A DNA stretch of 64,000 bases. Origin: the human T2T-CHM13v2.0 reference genome, Homo sapiens. The notes under the pieces were generated by a model. It saw only the letters and a program-made list of their open reading frames with translations, had not been told where the DNA came from and searched no databases. The DNA is taken from assembly GCF_009914755.1 (NCBI RefSeq), contig NC_060933.1. One strand, given 5' to 3'. Position 1 is the stretch's first letter, and every line of letters begins with the position of its first letter. This document shows positions 58,851-64,000 of this stretch, piece by piece. The translations under genes and the position numbers were made by a program.

Positions 58851-60771
58851 CATCAACTATTCTACCTCGGGAATATGAGCTAGTCCCAAGTGTGATTCCT
58901 GGTCTGGAGAAGGGACAAGGGGGTGCAGGTGAGGCTCCTTGTCTGTTCTTCACATGCTTCCCTCCTCCTTTTTCTATACCAGCACCACTTTTAGAGAGAG
59001 AATTCAACTTCTTTCTTCCTAAGAAACATACCTGTAGAGGCAGCCAGTGTTCTTACCCCTCTCTCTACCTGTGAGCATGGAAAGCCACAATTCTTCAGAT
59101 AGAGACCACGGGCACCACCCCTCCTCAGCCCGTTCCCACTCTCACATGCTTCACTGCTATGTCTTTCCTGTCTGGCATTTCCAAGTTGCAAATTCCTGCC
59201 CATTCTGCAGGACAGGAAATTCCTACCCTTGCTTCTTTCCTTGGTTCCCACCTCCACTCTCTTTCTTCCAGAATCAGGTAGAAATCTCTAGTCCCTGTAG
59301 TTCCCCTACCATTCTCTTTATTTGCACTGAGCTTATGCATTTATATTCTCTACTATGACTCCATGGAATCTGAGAAGGGAGGGGAGATAAACACACAGGG
59401 TCAGGAGGTCATCTTAAGCTGGAAGTCACTGACCCGTGTTTTTCCACCAAAAATAAATCTCCTGCTGAATCCTCTGGTTAGCTTAAATAAGTTCATGTCA
59501 GGGATCTAGCAATTAGTGTTTTTACAGCCCCTGCCACATGAGGGATGCTTTTGAGGAGATGACCATGTGTTGGAGGGACTGAAGCAGTGACTAGAGACAG
59601 GAGAAGTTGCTGAGGATGTGTGGAGTGAGGAGAGGAGATAAGGAGGGAATGGGGTTCACACGTAGCACTTACTGCGTGTGTGATTTGGGATATATCACTT
59701 TCCCTCTATAAGCCTCAGCTTCCCTCTCTGTATTTCATCAGGCTTTTTACAATCACTTGGGTTACAAGCAACAGAAACTAATGCTAAGGAAGAAGTTGTG
59801 TTGAAGCAGCAAATATATATGAAGACATCAGTGTGGCAGGGACGTTGGCAACCTCGAAAATGCAGCCCCACAGAAAAAAATTCACATTCAAGAAAACACT
59901 TGTACACTGTGATGGCCACATGAAACATGTCTATTGGCCACCTTCAGCCTCCAGGCCTCCAGTCTGCAACATCCCTCTATAGGAAAGAGCCCAGGTTCCA
60001 TGCCTGCTGCCAACGCCCTGTTTGACCAGGGGTATTCAAACTCCAGGCTAGATGCCCAATTCTGGACAATGGGGAAGGACTAAAGAGCAGGGCCTTAGGT
60101 GATAATGACTATGTCTGGTTCTTGCCCAAGTCTGCAGCCCCCAGCACTGGGCCCAGGACAGAGGCAGCCTCATGGGGTGCCCCAAATCAGGACCCTTTGC
60201 TTAAGGTAAGAGGTGACTCAGGGATATTTAAGTCTCAGCCCATCCAAGACTATGCAGCTCATGGATGTCTGATCCCATAGATGGCACCAACTGGGTCATG
60301 AACTCCATTGGAAGGTGAGGGTAGGGAAGGGGGCAGGAACCCACTCTTCTAAGTAGGCAGTTAGTCACCAGCTGAAATCTCACAAGCCTCCACAGCCTCT
60401 CCCTCAGCCCCAAAGCCAATAAGTGGACACCATGCCCAGCAACTTCTCCACTTACAACATTCCAATGCATCACCACTACCTTCTCACCACCGTGAACACT
60501 TAGCTCAGACCTTGACTCCCTACCAATGTGGTTGTCCATTAGCTGTGTGTGATTGCCAAGGGTAGAGACTGTGTTCTGCTCATTTCTCAGTCCCCAGCAC
60601 TGGGCCTGACCCACAGTACATGCATGGTAAGTGCTTTGGGTTGCTGACTAACCATTAAGAACCATGTTTATACCCTTATGGGAATAATCCTGATGTGGAT
60701 CAGGAGACCTGGGCTCAACCACTGGCATTAAGCTGGCTCTCTCCTCTCTGGTCTCAGTTTACCTATCTCTC

Positions 60772-61073
60772 TTTTTTTTTTTTCTTTTTGGACATGGAGT
60801 CTTGCTCTGTTGCTCAGGCTGTAGTGCAATGACGCAACCTCAGCTCACTGCAACCTCCGCCTCCTGGGGTCAAATGATTCTCCCTGCTCAGCCTCCTGGG
60901 GAAGCTGGGATTACAGGTACCCACCACCATGTCCAGCTAATTTTTGTATTTTTAGTAGAGACAGGGTTTCACCATGTTAGCCAGGCTGGTCTCGAACTCC
61001 TGACCTTAGGTGATCCACCTGCCTCGGGTTCCCAGAGTGCTGGGATTACAGGTGTGAGCCACCGCACCCAGCC
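60772..61073 (-). mobile_element. Alu (AluS) inserted in a MIR core
   Basis: Antisense dimer; TSD cagtttacctatctct / cagtttccccatctct. Confidence 0.92.
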
Positions 61074-61729
61074 CAGTTTCCCCATCTCTATAGCCGGGAG
61101 AGGACCCGATTTCTAAAGGACCTTCTGGTTCCTCTGACATCCTCTGGAATCAGTGGCTCTGCTTTGTGACTCTGGAAAAATAGCTGCAATTTTGGCTGTG
61201 GTTGAAAGGGGTACGCCCACAGATGGGTTGAAATGGCACTTCACACTCTGGAGATGCACTGGCACAGCCTTAGGCTCCCATATTGAGGGTGGCAGGCACT
61301 AGGGGGAGGTTAGGGAACCTGGAGTGATCAGGCAGTGTTAAGGTTGGGAGCACTTGTGAACAGCAGAAACAGGAGACTGGAGTCGGACACCCAGCTGTGC
61401 ATCTCCTCCAACCTACCGCTAGGTGACCCAAGCTAGTCCCTTCATCAGAGCCAACCCCCTTAGTTGAGCCAGCGATGAGGAGTGTCTTTGGATCAGGTTT
61501 TGAACCTGGAGGTACTAATAAAACAGGAGGCCACTTTCTAGGCCCTGAGATGATGTCACTATCATGAGGCAGGCAGAGGGGGTGGGATCAGTATGGTAGC
61601 CCCCTTCCTTACAGCCCCCACCTCCAGTGCAAAAGGTGCTGCCGCTTCTAAGCCCGACTCCCCCCCACCCTCTGCTATCAGATAGAAGCAAGAAACCCAG
61701 ACTAGACAAGAGCCATTTCAGAGTAAACC

Positions 61730-61735
61730 TTTATG
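61730..61735 (-). terminator. Probable non-canonical poly(A) signal CATAAA of ACTL7B
   Basis: tttatg on + (CATAAA on -) lies ~75 nt past the stop and is followed on the minus strand by a GU/U-rich tract; no minus-strand AATAAA seen nearby. Confidence 0.5.
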
Positions 61736-61810
61736 TGAAATTCTGTAAATGTGTATAGAGAGGCCTGTGGCCATCTGTGCTGGAGGCCTTGTCTGTGGAA
61801 ATGCCGAGGC

Positions 61811-63058
61811 TCAGCACTTGCTGTAGATGGCCACGCTGCCCCGCTCCTCAAACTCTTCCTTGCTGACCCAGAGCTGTTGGAAGGCCTGCAGGGAGGCCAG
61901 GATGGAACCGCCGGTCCACACGGAGGTCTTCCTCTCAGGAGCGGCAGCCACTGCAGGGCTGTCCCCGGGGCAGAGGAGGCTCAGCTCCCTCTGGAAGCGC
62001 TCGGGGAAGCCATCCAGCATAGTGCAGCCGCCACACAGTAGCACGTTGGCGGCCATCTCCTCCTTGAAGCCCGTGTCCTGGCAGCGGCCCAGGCAGGCAG
62101 CTGTGAGCTCCGGGAGGCCCGGCTGGGTGCTGCCTGCCAGGGAGGGCTGGAAGAGCATCTCAGAGCAACGGAAGCGCTCCTGGCCAATGGTGATGAGTTT
62201 GCCGTCCGGGAGCTCGTAGTCCACGCGCAGCTCCTCCGGGACCAGGCCCAGCTCCTCCTCGGGCAGGAAGGCCGCATAGCAGCACTTCTTCTTGATGTGC
62301 TCTATGATGTGCAGGTGGTCGTCCGTGAATGCGTGGCCCGCCTCATTGAGCAGCTGCATCAGGTAGTTGGTGAGGTCACCCCCAGCGTAGTCGGCGCGGC
62401 TGGTCAGGCCCGGCAGCACGTCGCCCTCGGATATGGGCACCACGTGCGAGACGCCGTGCCCGCTCTCCACCACCAGCCCCGAGGTCTTGCCGTAGGAGTA
62501 GATGGACAGCAACGACTGGGACGTCACGTGCATGGCTGGGATGCCGAAGGTCTCAAACATGAGCTCCGCGTACTTCTCCCGGTTGCTGCTGGGGCTGAGC
62601 GGAGGGTCGGAGACCAGCACAGCGTGCTCCTCGGGGAGGATCTTCATGGCGGTGCGGAAGATGTACTCCCAGATGTCCTGCACGCAGTCCCAGTCCACCA
62701 CGATGCCGTGCTTCAGCGGGTTCACCAGCTTGAGAGGCGCCTCCGTGTTGAGCAGCTCATGGCCCACTAAAGTCCACTTGCGGGTGTCGCCAGCGTCGGC
62801 CGCCTCGGGGCAGCGTTTGCCCACGGTGGAGGAGATGAAGTAGGTGGGCCTCGGCTCTCCCGCGTAGCCGCACTTGCAGTACTGGGAGCCCAGGTCGATG
62901 ATGACCGCCTTGATCTTGTGCACCTTCCTGGGCTTCATCTTGAGCTGAGTGGCCGCACCTGTGTCCCGGAGGCTGGCGTCAGGGCCGGGCCGTGTTCCTG
63001 CCTCTCCAGGGTCACCCTGAGCCGTGCCCAGGGGCATGGGGCTGTTCCTTGTCGCCAT
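61811..63058 (-). CDS. ACTL7B: Actin-like protein 7B (testis actin-related protein), intronless, 415 aa
   Basis: Uninterrupted [14 protein letters not shown]...AIYSKC with actin-fold motifs ([54 protein letters not shown]) and a ~45-aa N-terminal extension; Kozak-like GCAGATGG. Confidence 0.98.
   Translation of the reverse strand: MATRNSPMPLGTAQGDPGEAGTRPGPDASLRDTGAATQLKMKPRKVHKIKAVIIDLGSQYCKCGYAGEPRPTYFISSTVGKRCPEAADAGDTRKWTLVGHELLNTEAPLKLVNPLKHGIVVDWDCVQDIWEYIFRTAMKILPEEHAVLVSDPPLSPSSNREKYAELMFETFGIPAMHVTSQSLLSIYSYGKTSGLVVESGHGVSHVVPISEGDVLPGLTSRADYAGGDLTNYLMQLLNEAGHAFTDDHLHIIEHIKKKCCYAAFLPEEELGLVPEELRVDYELPDGKLITIGQERFRCSEMLFQPSLAGSTQPGLPELTAACLGRCQDTGFKEEMAANVLLCGGCTMLDGFPERFQRELSLLCPGDSPAVAAAPERKTSVWTGGSILASLQAFQQLWVSKEEFEERGSVAIYSKC
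61830..63000. promoter_or_regulatory. CpG-island-like region over the ACTL7B coding sequence
   Basis: Visibly high GC and dense CpG compared with the CpG-depleted rest of the window. Confidence 0.75.
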
Positions 63059-63133
63059 CTGCCTCCCTTGCTCCCCTTCTCACATCCACAGCCTAGAGCC
63101 CCCTGGGGAGAAATGAGATCCCCCACCTCCAGC

Positions 63134-63167
63134 AGTGCCATGACAACCACCCGGGATTGTGATGTCA
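63134..63167 (-). promoter_or_regulatory. Candidate ACTL7B proximal promoter: RFX X-box-like plus CRE-like sites
   Basis: agtgccatgacaac (63134-63147, 11/14 match to GTTGCCATGGCAAC) and TGATGTCA (63160-63167, 7/8 match to TGACGTCA), 76-109 bp upstream of the ATG. Confidence 0.45.
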
Positions 63168-64000
63168 CTCGGGGCTGGTCCATTCAGGCAGCAGGGGAGG
63201 GCCTGGCTTTGGTCGGTTCTTGGTGTGTCACCCCCACCTCTCTAACTCAAGTTTGCTCCCGGACAGAGCAGGTGGCCGGCAGTTTTAGAAATCCAAGCAC
63301 ACTAGGGTCTCAGAGGTTTCTGCTCAGCCCCCTTGCATTTCCATGCCTAACCTGTTCACTACTGGACACCTTTCCTCTTCTGCTTCTTGGTGGAGAGGGC
63401 CTATTTGAGCCCCTCCAGTAAGGCAGGCACTGTACTAGTTACTTCACTTGTGTTGTTCTGCAGGTAGGCAGAGCTGAGGAAATGAGGCTCAGAATTCTAA
63501 GGACTTGCCCAAGAGCAAACAGCACTTGGGGTGTTTGTACCTTAACCCAAATTCATCAAACTCCAATGCACCAGGCCTCCTTAACCGCCCCAAGAGTTCT
63601 TTCCTCCCTTCACTCCACATTTACTGGAGTATATAGTAGGTCCCGCCCAGTGCAGCCTGCCAGTGATAGATGATTAAAAACCCAGGCCACCAGCAGTGCC
63701 CAGTCTAGACAAGAAAATGGAATGGGTGCCGATGGGTTTGCAGGAAGAAGTCTACTTGGAGAACTCATTTGAGGCAGGCAGTCAGAAGGTGCTCTAGAGA
63801 GGAGGTGATGCTTAAGTTGAATCCTGGAAGAGGTGTAGGTATTTGTCAAGTAGTTAAGAGGAGGGGAAGACATCCCAGGCAGAGAGCACAGCTTGAGCAA
63901 AGGCTCAAATGGAGGCACGGTGAAGAACTTCCCACAGTCAAAGTGTTTGGAAAAACAGATGAAGCTAGAGAAGTCACAGAGCCAAATAGAAAGGGCATCA

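Noticed and set aside
61751-63421. Several 96-167 aa ORFs overlapping or antisense to ACTL7B
   Set aside because: Expected shadow ORFs of a GC-rich, stop-poor CDS.

Overview
Primate, almost certainly human, genomic DNA. The only intact gene is the intronless testis actin-like gene ACTL7B (61811-63058, minus strand); from recall this places the window at 9q31.3. The other ~61 kb is repeat-dense intergenic DNA. It holds a decayed class I (ERV1, tRNA-Pro PBS, HUERS-P-like) provirus at 1-8314, two THE1 elements, solo LTRs, L1/L2/MIR/DNA-transposon fossils, about 23 Alu copies or fragments, and processed pseudogenes of RPL36A and ATP5MF. I found no support for a new multi-gene system. The best unexplained structures are: a young ~97%-identical 216/222-bp inverted duplication at 22197-22790; a composite MST LTR at 50078-51001 with two termini, captured DNA and unusual CpG retention; and an ATP5MF retrocopy that appears to keep the ancestral protein sequence. 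Repeat subfamily names come from memory of consensus sequences and need RepeatMasker/Dfam confirmation. Boundaries without a cited target-site duplication (TSD) are approximate.
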